Shown here: positions 18,126 through 27,170 of the stretch, one piece after another
Layout of the letters: every line of letters starts with the position of its first letter
Numbering within the stretch: position 1 is the first letter of the stretch
Assembly: GCA_030583765.1 (NCBI GenBank)
Contig: CP129474.1
Span: 265,709 to 329,708 of the forward strand
DNA length: 64,000 bases
Reading direction: 5' to 3'
From: Minisyncoccota bacterium
GTDB lineage: Bacteria > Patescibacteriota > Minisyncoccia > 2-02-FULL-40-12 > GWA2-44-9
The notes under the pieces: model-generated
What the model was told of the DNA's origin: nothing
Databases searched by the model: none
The model's input: only the letters and a program-made list of their open reading frames with translations
Translations under genes and position numbers: made by a program

Positions 18126-19522
18126 ACAGCAGTGCGGTCGCTGACCAGCCGCATGAGCGTGCGCACGATAATGCGCACATCCATCCAGAATGACCAGTTC
18201 TCAATATAAAACGTATCGAGGCGTACCTCCTCTTCAAATGAGAGCGTGGAGCTCCCGGAAATCTGCGCGAAGCCTGTTACCCCAGCTTTTATACCCAACA
18301 CTCGCTTATGATGACGCTGGTAACGCGCCACTTCATCGGGTTGATGCGGTCGTGGCCCCACAAGACTAATATCCCCCCGAAGCACATTCCACAACTGCGG
18401 CAGCTCATCCAGGCGCAGACGACGAAGCCAACGACCCACATGCGTTACGCGAGGATCGTTGGTCATTTTAAAGAGCGGGCCGTCGGCGCGTTCATTAAAC
18501 GGCAAGAGTAGCGGTTTCAGCTCCTCTGCATTTTCAATCATGCTTCGGAACTTTAGGAGATAGAACTCCCGATTTTTACTCACACGTGCGAGCCGCACAA
18601 ACACCGGTCCGCGTGTCTCCCATGTAATCGCTAGCGCGATTGCCGCAAAGAGTGGCGAGAGGATGAGGAGGCCAAGTGATGTCGCGCACAGGTCAAAGAC
18701 ACGCTTAAACACCCTCCCCCACCCATCAAGTGACGTGCGCTTGAGCTCGATCACGGGGATGTCACCAATAGCATCGACGCTGTAGTGAGTTGTCAGTGTC
18801 TCGTGCATGTTGGGGACAAACGTGAAGGGAATGTGGTGCTCGTGGCAATACTCGACCAACTCTACGATCGTCGGCGCGTCGAATGTAGGTTGCGCCAAGA
18901 GAACACCATCAATAGCATCCGATCGCCACGCATCACCAATGATATTCATATCAGGCACCTGCATGTGGCGTGCCACCACATATCCAAGATCGCTCTGCGC
19001 CTTAATCGCAGCAATGAGACGTTCCGTCACCACATCATGACCTATCACCAAAAGTCGGTGTATTCCAAATCCACGACGCATCAGGTGTCCATGCATCCAA
19101 CGGATGAAGAGTCTCCCAGCGCAGACGCATATAATGGCAAGGATCCAGGCACCAAGCACCAAGAAGCGTGAGTCGAAAAGCTCTCGGCTGACGAAGATAA
19201 AGACGATGACGCCCAAAATGCCCGCCGACGACGCAAGGGCGACTTTCGCACATTCTTCTGCGCGAGACATGCGAACACCCATCGTGTATAGTCCCGCCAC
19301 TGCATAGCACGCGATAAAGAAAAGCGATGTAGGGATAACAAGCGCAATGTACTTATCTAAAGGCAGCCTGAGCTCAAACAAAACAGGCCGGAATGTATCC
19401 AGAATATTCGTGCGCAACACGTAGGTAAGCACGCCCGCCAAAAAAAGCATGCCCATGTCTACGGGCACCCGAGCTACATTGAGTATAAGATCGGACCGCT
19501 TCATGCGCCGCGAATGTATCAC
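18122..19522 (-). CDS. polyprenyl-phosphate sugar-phosphotransferase (bacterial sugar transferase, WbaP-like)
   Basis: 466 aa. N-terminal TM block plus C-terminal catalytic domain (…PLFKMTNDPRVTHVGRWLRRLRLDELPQLWNVLRGDISLVGPRP…). Confidence 0.8.
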   Translation of the reverse strand: MIHSRRMKRSDLILNVARVPVDMGMLFLAGVLTYVLRTNILDTFRPVLFELRLPLDKYIALVIPTSLFFIACYAVAGLYTMGVRMSRAEECAKVALASSAGILGVIVFIFVSRELFDSRFLVLGAWILAIICVCAGRLFIRWMHGHLMRRGFGIHRLLVIGHDVVTERLIAAIKAQSDLGYVVARHMQVPDMNIIGDAWRSDAIDGVLLAQPTFDAPTIVELVEYCHEHHIPFTFVPNMHETLTTHYSVDAIGDIPVIELKRTSLDGWGRVFKRVFDLCATSLGLLILSPLFAAIALAITWETRGPVFVRLARVSKNREFYLLKFRSMIENAEELKPLLLPFNERADGPLFKMTNDPRVTHVGRWLRRLRLDELPQLWNVLRGDISLVGPRPHQPDEVARYQRHHKRVLGIKAGVTGFAQISGSSTLSFEEEVRLDTFYIENWSFWMDVRIIVRTLMRLVSDRTAV

Positions 19523-19540
19523 TTACGAGCCGGAAACGCA

Positions 19541-19560
19541 AAACGCCCCGAAGGGCGTTT
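19541..19560 (-). terminator. rho-independent terminator of rnpB
   Basis: Hairpin AAACGCCC-CGAA-GGGCGTTT, followed on the minus strand by a U-rich run. Confidence 0.5.
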
Positions 19561-19561
19561 T

Positions 19562-19952
19562 GGGAGGCATACCGATAAGCCGGGTTCTGTCTGGCCTTGC
19601 GGTGAGACTGTCATGTATCTAGGCGTGTCGTTGCCGCCACGCTCAAGCGATCGAACTTTTCGAACCTCGTCTCACGCATTGCTACGTGAGCGGGAACGCT
19701 GATCTTGCACCCGGGTAAGGATTTAGCCGTTTCACCCCAAGCCTTTAATCCCATCAGCTTGGACTTGGCTATGATATGACGAATCACATCACATGGGTTT
19801 GCCACCGATGCCCTTTCGAACATCGAACGTCTCTGCTCGCACCTCTCACATTACTGTGTGCGGGGGTTACCCGCTACCCTGCTCCTCTGCATACGCAAAG
19901 GGAGTGCCCGGACTTTCCTCTCCTGTTAGGGAGCGACAGTCCAGTATACCTC
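19562..19952 (-). ncRNA. rnpB: RNase P RNA (bacterial type)
   Basis: rc contains the universally conserved GGAGAGGAAAGTCCGGGCACTCCC (P4 5' strand) and ACAGAACCCGGCTTATCGG (P4 3' strand). A P1 helix GAGGUAUAC/GUAUGCCUC joins the ends. ~390 nt. Confidence 0.8.
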
Positions 19953-19959
19953 AATGCAT

Positions 19960-19968
19960 ATTATACCA
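19960..19968 (-). promoter_or_regulatory. extended -10 (TGGTATAAT) of rnpB
   Basis: Seven nt upstream of the predicted 5' end of the P1 helix. Partly lies inside copy 1 of the 29-bp direct repeat. Confidence 0.45.
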
Positions 19969-19990
19969 GATTCCCCTGCCGTTGGCGAGC
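19962..19990. repeat. 29-bp perfect direct repeat, copy 1 (tataccagattcccctgccgttggcgagc)
   Basis: Identical to 20491-20519. Together they flank the 20061-20432 gene cassette. Confidence 0.9.
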
Positions 19991-20015
19991 CACTCGCGTT
20001 CATGCATGAAAAAGT

Positions 20016-20045
20016 AAAAGCGGAGGGGTGTTTTCCTCCGCTTTT
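20016..20045 (-). terminator. rho-independent terminator after the 20061-20432 gene
   Basis: Hairpin GCGGAGG…CCTCCGC flanked by A and T runs. Confidence 0.5.
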
Positions 20046-20060
20046 GGATGTGCCCAGCAG

Positions 20061-20432
20061 CTAACGACAGCCCTCGATGGTGCCGCCGAGAAACCGAATC
20101 TCGCGACCATCGGAAAGGTACATCGTGCCGACGCCCTGCGAGATGTATACGCGGTAGGGGTGATACGTTCTGCCCTCCACCATCACCACACAAGCCGACT
20201 CGCTCTCGATGGGCACGCCCGATTTGGCCCTTGCCGCACCCAAGATGCCGATCAGAACAAGTGCCACGCCACCGAACATCATCCAAGTAGGATCTGGCGC
20301 CTGAGACGCAGGAGTCCCCTTGACAAGCCTGTAGACCGCCCCCGCAAAGACCCGCAACAACAACGTAAAACCAACGGCAAGGAACCAAAAAACCGGATCG
20401 GCGATTTGCTCCTGCATCACATCCCTCCCCAA
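20061..20432 (-). CDS. hypothetical membrane-anchored protein
   Basis: 123 aa: two N-terminal TM helices plus a ~50 aa C-terminal domain. It has its own consensus promoter and terminator. Confidence 0.4.
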   Translation of the reverse strand: MGRDVMQEQIADPVFWFLAVGFTLLLRVFAGAVYRLVKGTPASQAPDPTWMMFGGVALVLIGILGAARAKSGVPIESESACVVMVEGRTYHPYRVYISQGVGTMYLSDGREIRFLGGTIEGCR

Positions 20433-20439
20433 AAAAGGA

Positions 20440-20475
20440 CCGAACCACTATCGGAAATATTATAGTACAGTCTTT
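20440..20475 (-). promoter_or_regulatory. near-consensus sigma70 promoter (TTGACA-N16/17-TATAAT)
   Basis: rc reads ttgacaaatataaagactgtactataat, directly upstream of the 20061-20432 ORF. Confidence 0.5.
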
Positions 20476-20489
20476 ATATTTGTCAAAAG

Positions 20490-20934
20490 CTATACCAGAT
20501 TCCCCTGCCGTTGGCGAGCTTCGCGCTCATCGAGGGCGCGGTTCACGAAACCATCTGCTTTTCCGTTCTCTTCTCGCGGAATGTGTATAAAATCAACGGA
20601 ATGAAAATCTTGGCGCGCATTCCAAAGCTCCATAAACAACTGCTTGAGCCCAGCTTCTTTTACACGATACTCGCCGAGCGCTTGGCGCACAACGAGCTGA
20701 CTATCAGCGCGCACAATCACCGCAGATCCTTTTGCAGCTTCAGCGCCAATGAGTAATTTAAGCTTCCGGAGTGCCTCAATGACAGCCCGGTACTCGGCAA
20801 CGTTATTGGTCGTTTCGCCAATGTAGGCGCCGTGGCCGTCCTCCACCCCTTCGCCACTAATAACAAAACCGATAGCCGCCGGCCCTGGGTTTCCCCGCGC
20901 ACCACCATCTGTCCAAATATTATACGTGTTCATA
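20490..20934 (-). CDS. rnhA: ribonuclease HI
   Basis: MNTYNIWTDGGARGNPGPAAIGFVI…AEYRAVIEAL… are RNase H catalytic motifs. Its last 10 codons overlap copy 2 of the 29-bp repeat. The longer ORF-track N-extension overlaps pgk and was rejected. Confidence 0.8.
20491..20519. repeat. 29-bp perfect direct repeat, copy 2
   Basis: Identical to 19962-19990. Confidence 0.9.
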
Positions 20935-22005
20935 GTAACCGATAGCTTCAAGGCCCGGAAGTTTTTGCCCCGCGAGAAATGCGAGCATTGCCCCGCCGCC
21001 CGTCGATACAAATGAGAAGCGATCTCGGATACCGAGCCGATCGATTGCTGCGACAGTGTCACCGCCGCCGATAATGGTGCGCGCTGGCGAGTCAGCAACT
21101 GCGCGAGCAATGGCGAACGTCCCCTCTGCATATCGCTCATCTTCGAATAAGCCAAGGGGGCCATTCCACACGATCATGCGAGCACGAGTAATATGTTCTT
21201 TAAACAAAGCAACCGACTGAGGCCCAATATCAAGCGCGCGACCATCGGTAATAATAAAATCTGGAGAAAGAATAATGCGCTCATCATGCACATCAAGTCC
21301 CGCAAGGAGTTCTCCTATGTTGTCGTCAACCAGTGATGTGCCCACGTCGATGCCTCGCGCTTTTGCTAAATCATTTGCCACGACACCGCCAACAAGCACC
21401 GCTTCAGCGCGAGAGAGAACATGTGAAATAACGGGCACCTTTGTGCTTGCTTTCGCGCCACCAATAATGACTACCTTTCCCGCGGCCGGCGCATCGAGCG
21501 CTTCAGTGAGTGCGTTCGTCTCCGCAACAACCAGTGGGCCAGCATAGGACGGCAAGAGTTTTGCGACCGCATCTACAGAAGCGTGCGCCCGGTGACATAC
21601 CGCAAACGCATTTTGCACATACGCATCCATGCCTTGCGCAAGAGCCTTCGCAAGATCTTCACTATTTTCTGTCTCACCACGCCATGTGCGTACATTTTCG
21701 AGCAAGCCAACGCCTTGTCCATTCTTCTGGAACGCCTCTCGGTCAGCAAGTGTGGGAAGGAGGGTGAGCGCGTGACCAAGCGTCTCTTCAAGCGTCACGA
21801 GAATCGACTTAAAAGAATCAACCGCGGAAATGTGTGCAACGAGCACGACACGCGCGCCCGCAGATACCAACATGTCGAGAACTTCTTTTTGACGAATAAT
21901 TCGGTGATTCGCCTGGATGCGCCCGTCGACAACAGGCACATCAAAATCGGTGCGCACGAGTACCCACTTTCCTTTTAAGTCCATGCCTGGTGTAAGTATG
22001 TTCAT
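20920..22005 (-). CDS. pgk: phosphoglycerate kinase
   Basis: 361 aa. N-terminal LVRTDFDVPV… and the central GGGA/nucleotide-binding motifs. Confidence 0.9.
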   Translation of the reverse strand: MNILTPGMDLKGKWVLVRTDFDVPVVDGRIQANHRIIRQKEVLDMLVSAGARVVLVAHISAVDSFKSILVTLEETLGHALTLLPTLADREAFQKNGQGVGLLENVRTWRGETENSEDLAKALAQGMDAYVQNAFAVCHRAHASVDAVAKLLPSYAGPLVVAETNALTEALDAPAAGKVVIIGGAKASTKVPVISHVLSRAEAVLVGGVVANDLAKARGIDVGTSLVDDNIGELLAGLDVHDERIILSPDFIITDGRALDIGPQSVALFKEHITRARMIVWNGPLGLFEDERYAEGTFAIARAVADSPARTIIGGGDTVAAIDRLGIRDRFSFVSTGGGAMLAFLAGQKLPGLEAIGYYEHV

Positions 22006-22751
22006 GAAAAAAATGGGGTCAGTGCATCTAAAAGCTCTTTCAGTGATTCGGGCGATGCGCTTGCGCGTCCAACCAGCACACCATCTACTACCCCACTTCC
22101 TAATACGCTCCCCACCGTAGCGCCCGTCACCGAGCCACCATACAGAACTGCGTGCGGTTGGGCGCCTTGCAATGTCTCACGAATAACCTGTATGGCGCGA
22201 ACGATATCTTGCGGCTCTTCTACGCGCGCACCTGGCGTTGTACTTATTGCCCACACCGGCTCATATGCAATCACGCATTGCGCAATATCGGTAGCAGATG
22301 CGCCTTCGAATGCTCCGCGCACCTGCTCGCGAAGCTCAGCAAATGATGCGTCGGGAGCATGCTGACCAACGCACACGATCGGGAGGATGTCGTGCGCGAC
22401 TGCCTGCTGCCATGCTGCACGCACATCCGCATTTGTCTCTCCAGACTGAGTGCGTCGATCCGAGTGGCCAATCAACGCCGCGGTGGCACCAGACGCACGG
22501 AGCATGGCTGGAGTAAGTCCGCCCGTCTTTGCATCGGCGTCGAGATATTGCGCACCCACGACAACGCTAGCAAGACGCGCATCTTCTTTCTTGCACGCCT
22601 GCGTGTCATCAATGAGTGTTGTAGGAGGACATATAATGATAGTCCCGCTTGAAACAACTTCGCGCCATGAGGCAAGGACCCCACACAGTGGGCGGATATC
22701 GTCTGCCGACGCAGGATAGCTTTTCCAATTAAGAATGCAGAATGTGGTCAT
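22002..22751 (-). CDS. tpiA: triosephosphate isomerase
   Basis: Start taken at MTTFCILNWK. Contains VIAYEPVWAI and YGGSV motifs. Has a 4-bp overlap with pgk. Confidence 0.85.
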   Translation of the reverse strand: MTTFCILNWKSYPASADDIRPLCGVLASWREVVSSGTIIICPPTTLIDDTQACKKEDARLASVVVGAQYLDADAKTGGLTPAMLRASGATAALIGHSDRRTQSGETNADVRAAWQQAVAHDILPIVCVGQHAPDASFAELREQVRGAFEGASATDIAQCVIAYEPVWAISTTPGARVEEPQDIVRAIQVIRETLQGAQPHAVLYGGSVTGATVGSVLGSGVVDGVLVGRASASPESLKELLDALTPFFS

Positions 22752-23455
22752 GATGTCCATGCGCGCGTAAAGCGCCACCACGCAACCTTACACACATCAC
22801 GGAGCACGCTGACATAAGCTCGTGACGTAACTTTCGTTGCCGGATGGTTCTTCCATACGACGGGTACTTCATCTATACGGTACCCGAGGGCGCGAGCAAT
22901 CGCAAGAACTTCTACGTCAAAACCCCACCCCGTAATGCGCAGTTTTGGGAAAATGGCATCAGCTGCGATACGCGAGAATACTTTAAAGCCCCGTTGCGTG
23001 TCCCAAATTCCTGGGACTGCGAGAGCTTGAATAAAAAGGTTGCCGAGCTTACCGCCCACCACCCGCCACCACGGCTCATGCCCCCCTTCCAAAATACGCG
23101 CACCGGGAAGGGCAAGTGACCCAATAACAATATCAGCGCCGCGCTCGAGACGCTCGAGCATGGGCACAAGATGATCAATCGACGTTGAGTGATCCGCATC
23201 CAGAAAAGCCTTCACATCACCAGTGGCAGCGCGCATGCCCGTGCGCACTGCGGCACCCTTGCCACGCACAGGCTCAAACACAACGGAAACGTCATATGCT
23301 TGCGCTACCGCTCCGGTATCATCCGAAGAGGCATTATCGACAACGATAATCTCAACATCCCAAGGTTGCTGCGCGCAAAACGCCTTTACCGCTTCAAGAG
23401 TGGGGCCGAGGCGTGGCGCCTCATTATATGCGGGAATAATGAGCGATATTCGCAT
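22748..23455 (-). CDS. glycosyltransferase family 2 (polyprenol-phosphate sugar transferase-like)
   Basis: MRISLIIPAYNEAPRL…VVDNASSDDT…DAD are GT2 motifs. Confidence 0.75.
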   Translation of the reverse strand: MRISLIIPAYNEAPRLGPTLEAVKAFCAQQPWDVEIIVVDNASSDDTGAVAQAYDVSVVFEPVRGKGAAVRTGMRAATGDVKAFLDADHSTSIDHLVPMLERLERGADIVIGSLALPGARILEGGHEPWWRVVGGKLGNLFIQALAVPGIWDTQRGFKVFSRIAADAIFPKLRITGWGFDVEVLAIARALGYRIDEVPVVWKNHPATKVTSRAYVSVLRDVCKVAWWRFTRAWTS

Positions 23456-23521
23456 AGCTTTGTGTGCATCATACGCCTTTACGTGCGAGAGTAAAAATTG
23501 ACGCGCTTTTAAAACATCCGT

Positions 23522-24418
23522 ATGCTAGTCTCAAGCATGCGCACTTCTGGTGTTACGCACATAGCGATCACCGACGCCCGTTACCCCGAGCGCCTGCGGC
23601 ACATTCCCAATCCACCGCGCATACTCTACTGCCGCGGCAACATCGCGCTCCTTGCGAGCGAAACGTGCATCGGAATTGTCGGATCGCGCATGCCGACGTC
23701 TTATGGAAAAGATGTCACGCACACCATTGCGACGGCGCTTGCACATGCGGGCGCTGTTATTGTCAGTGGTCTTGCACTTGGCATTGATGGCATCGCCCAC
23801 CGCGCAGCGCTTGCGGCACATGCCCACACTATTGCCGTTATCGGCTCTGGCGTTCATGAGAGCGTACTCTACCCACCAAGCCACCGCTCACTTGCACGCG
23901 AGATCATTGCGGCCGAGGGCCTTATACTATCAGAGTACGAGCCAGGCACGCCCGCCCGTGACTACATGTTTCCAGAAAGAAACCGAATTATTAGTGGGCT
24001 CTCTCGAGGCATTATTGTTACCGAGGCAAACGAAAAGAGTGGCGCATTGATCACCGCACGCTGTGCCGCCGAACAGAACCGCGACGTCTTCGCGGTGCCC
24101 GGCAGCATTCTCTCGCCCCGCTCTGCGGGGCCAAATCGCCTCATTCGAGATGGTGCCACGCCGATCATGGGAGCGGAAGATGTCATTCATGCATATGACG
24201 ACCTGTTCTCAATACAGCCATCGCGAAGAGCGCGCATACAAGATGACCTCCAGCAACGCATCGTTGCAGAGCTCGCCGCGCATGGACCGCAGCACATTGA
24301 TCATCTCACTCGCGCCCTTGCAGTCTCTTCAAGCGAACTTTTTGTAGCTATTACCCATCTCGCTCTCGCAAAACATATTATTCAAAGCGCACCGGACACG
24401 TGGCGCATCACTTCATGA
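23522..24418 (+). CDS. dprA: DNA-processing protein DprA
   Basis: Rossmann-like DprA core GIVGSRMPTSYGKDV…VSGLALGIDGIAHRAAL, plus a C-terminal DML1-like region. Confidence 0.8.
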   Translation: MLVSSMRTSGVTHIAITDARYPERLRHIPNPPRILYCRGNIALLASETCIGIVGSRMPTSYGKDVTHTIATALAHAGAVIVSGLALGIDGIAHRAALAAHAHTIAVIGSGVHESVLYPPSHRSLAREIIAAEGLILSEYEPGTPARDYMFPERNRIISGLSRGIIVTEANEKSGALITARCAAEQNRDVFAVPGSILSPRSAGPNRLIRDGATPIMGAEDVIHAYDDLFSIQPSRRARIQDDLQQRIVAELAAHGPQHIDHLTRALAVSSSELFVAITHLALAKHIIQSAPDTWRITS

Positions 24419-26451
24419 AATTAGTCATCGTAGAAAGCCCAACAAAAGCAAAGACAATCTCCCGTTATATCACGGGAGATGTTGTCGTTCTCTCTTCTTT
24501 TGGTCATGTGCGCGACCTCCCCAAGAGTGATCTCGGTATTGATGTTGAACATGATTTCACGCCGAAGTATGTGGTCCCCACAAAAGCAAAAAAGAACCTC
24601 TCACTCTTAAAGAAGGAGGCGGCAAAAGCAGACACTGTTGTGCTGGCGACCGATGAAGACCGCGAAGGAGAATCAATCGCATGGCACCTCCTTGAGGCGC
24701 TCGGACTTTCGGGTACGAAGAAAAAGAAGACAGAAGAAGGAAAAGATATTCAGCGCATCGTTTTTCATGAAATTACAAAAGAGGCCATCCTCCACGCACT
24801 TGAACATCCGCGCACCATTGACCAAAGTCTCGTGGATGCACAACAGGCGCGACGTATCCTGGATCGCCTTGTGGGATATAAACTCTCACCACTTCTTTGG
24901 AAGCGCTACTATCGCGGCCTTTCGGCAGGGCGCGTACAGTCAGTCGCACTCCGCATTATTGTGGATCGCGAGCGAGAGATCCAGGCATTCAAGCCACAAG
25001 AGTATTGGACCGTTGACGCAACGCTCCTCCCAGAGGCCGGAACATCCTTTACCGCGCATCTCACTGGCGTCGATGGAAAGCCATTGGGTGACATGGATAT
25101 CGCATCACAGACACACGCCGATATTATCACTAAAGATCTCGAGGGGGCGAAGTGGCAGGTACAGGACGTACAGCGCACCGAGGTTACGCGCTCACCGATG
25201 GCGCCATTCACCACGAGCACCATGCAACAAACAGCGTCGCGACGCCTCCGCTTTTCATCAAAGCAGACCATGATGCTCGCCCAGCGCCTCTACGAAGCTG
25301 GATACATTACGTACATGCGTACGGACTCCGTGAATCTCTCCGAAGAGTCCCTCGCAAAAGCAGCGACGTATATTACTGAAAACCTTGGGGCGCAGTACTA
25401 CCAACGACGCACTTTTAAGACAAAGTCTAAAGGCGCACAGGAGGCCCACGAAGCCGTTCGCCCAACGGATCCATTCCGTACCCCAGAAGAAATGGCAAAA
25501 GAACTCGATCCTCGTCAGGCAAAACTGTATGACCTTATTTGGCGGCGCTTCATCGCAAGCCAGATGCCACAAGCACGGATCGATTCTACCGGCATCGACG
25601 TACGCGCATCGCGCGAAGGCAGTGAGCACGTCTACGACTTCCGTGCTACGGGAAGCATTATGACATTTGATGGCTTCACAAAGATTTATCCATCCTCCTT
25701 TGAGGAAACGCCACTTCCGATTGTAAAAGCAAATGATGCTCTCACACTCGAAGCGCTCCTCCCCGAACAACACTTTACAAAACCACCTGCACGATTCAAT
25801 GAAGCGTCGCTCATTAAAGTTTTGGAGAAAGAAGGCATCGGACGACCTTCAACGTATGCGTCTATTATTTCAACGATTGTAGATCGTGGATATGTCGAAA
25901 AGGATAAGTCGCGCTCATTTGTGCCCATGGATATTGGCATGCTTGTCACCGACTTCTTGGTTGAGCACTTCCCCGCTATCGTGGACACCCATTTCACATC
26001 ACACATGGAGGCAAAACTGGATGACATCGCCGAAGGCAAAGAAGAGTGGGTGCCCGTAGTAAAAGAATTCTATGATCCGTTCGCGCAAACACTCGCTGCG
26101 AAAATGGATATCGCGAAAGATGCAAAAGCTGCTGACGTCGAAACCACCGATAAGGTTTGCGACAAATGCGGAAGCCCCATGGTAGTAAAGCGTGGTCGCT
26201 TTGGGAAATTCATCGCGTGCTCTAACTTCCCCACCTGTAAGAACGTACTCAAAGAGAAAAAGGATACGCCGCCGCCAGAGCCAACGGGAGAAAAATGTGA
26301 CAAGTGTGGTGAGGGAGATCTCGTGATGCGCACGGGACGCTTTGGGAAGTTTATCGGCTGCTCTCGCTATCCAAAGTGTAAGAACATCAGAAAGCTTCCG
26401 AAGGAAGAGCGTGACGCACCGGTCGCGAAGCTTGACGAGCAAGAGAAATAG
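24415..26451 (+). CDS. topA: DNA topoisomerase I
   Basis: TOPRIM start MKLVIVESPTKAKTI, the catalytic domain, and two C-terminal Zn ribbons (CDKCGSPM…, CDKCGEGDL…). Confidence 0.9.
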   Translation: MKLVIVESPTKAKTISRYITGDVVVLSSFGHVRDLPKSDLGIDVEHDFTPKYVVPTKAKKNLSLLKKEAAKADTVVLATDEDREGESIAWHLLEALGLSGTKKKKTEEGKDIQRIVFHEITKEAILHALEHPRTIDQSLVDAQQARRILDRLVGYKLSPLLWKRYYRGLSAGRVQSVALRIIVDREREIQAFKPQEYWTVDATLLPEAGTSFTAHLTGVDGKPLGDMDIASQTHADIITKDLEGAKWQVQDVQRTEVTRSPMAPFTTSTMQQTASRRLRFSSKQTMMLAQRLYEAGYITYMRTDSVNLSEESLAKAATYITENLGAQYYQRRTFKTKSKGAQEAHEAVRPTDPFRTPEEMAKELDPRQAKLYDLIWRRFIASQMPQARIDSTGIDVRASREGSEHVYDFRATGSIMTFDGFTKIYPSSFEETPLPIVKANDALTLEALLPEQHFTKPPARFNEASLIKVLEKEGIGRPSTYASIISTIVDRGYVEKDKSRSFVPMDIGMLVTDFLVEHFPAIVDTHFTSHMEAKLDDIAEGKEEWVPVVKEFYDPFAQTLAAKMDIAKDAKAADVETTDKVCDKCGSPMVVKRGRFGKFIACSNFPTCKNVLKEKKDTPPPEPTGEKCDKCGEGDLVMRTGRFGKFIGCSRYPKCKNIRKLPKEERDAPVAKLDEQEK

Positions 26452-26472
26452 CGTATTCTCTGCGCCAAGGAG

Positions 26473-27093
26473 GTGGGTTGGGTGTACATCTATCCGCCGC
26501 AAAAGACGCATGAGATTCGCGAGATTAGAGGGGCGCTCCTAGTGGATCGTCCTCTGTACCATGACGAACGCGGCCAGTTCTCTGAACTCTTGCCTGCGGG
26601 AGGAATACGGCCCCCGCGGGGTCGCGCAATCACGTTCGCAGGCGGACAGACGAACAGCTCCGTGTCGTTCATGGGCGCCGTGCGAGGCATGCACTGGCAG
26701 CATGGGCAGGGAAAGCTCATCACCGTACTTTCTGGTAGGATTCTAGACATCATCCTTGATGTCCGTCATGGGTCGCCTACTTTTGGCGCCACTCATGAAG
26801 TCCTACTCCAGGACACGACGCACGAAGATGTGGTCGCGCAATCACTCTACGTCCCGCCAGGAGTCGCTCACGGATTCATGGCGCTTTGTCCTACAACCCT
26901 GGTATATCACACGACCAGCGCATGGCAGCCCCACAATGAAGGCGGCGTTCGCTTCGACGATCCAGACCTCAGCCTTCCATGGCCCAAAGAGTGTGCGCCA
27001 ATCGTCTCGAAAAAGGACAGTAAGCTCCCCTTGTGGAGCTACTGGAAGCATAACCTAAACAAACTCCCGCAGTGGCCCCGCACCGAAGGGTGA
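26473..27093 (+). CDS. rmlC: dTDP-4-dehydrorhamnose 3,5-epimerase (cupin)
   Basis: …VRGMHWQHG…LDVRHGSPTFG…PPGVAHGF… matches RmlC core motifs. Confidence 0.7.
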   Translation: MGWVYIYPPQKTHEIREIRGALLVDRPLYHDERGQFSELLPAGGIRPPRGRAITFAGGQTNSSVSFMGAVRGMHWQHGQGKLITVLSGRILDIILDVRHGSPTFGATHEVLLQDTTHEDVVAQSLYVPPGVAHGFMALCPTTLVYHTTSAWQPHNEGGVRFDDPDLSLPWPKECAPIVSKKDSKLPLWSYWKHNLNKLPQWPRTEG

Positions 27094-27170
27094 CGGCCCC
27101 TGCACGGGCGCCACCTCTCCCTATGAGGTGGCGCTTTTTCTTGCAAAGAGCTCGCCCGGGTGTACCATAC

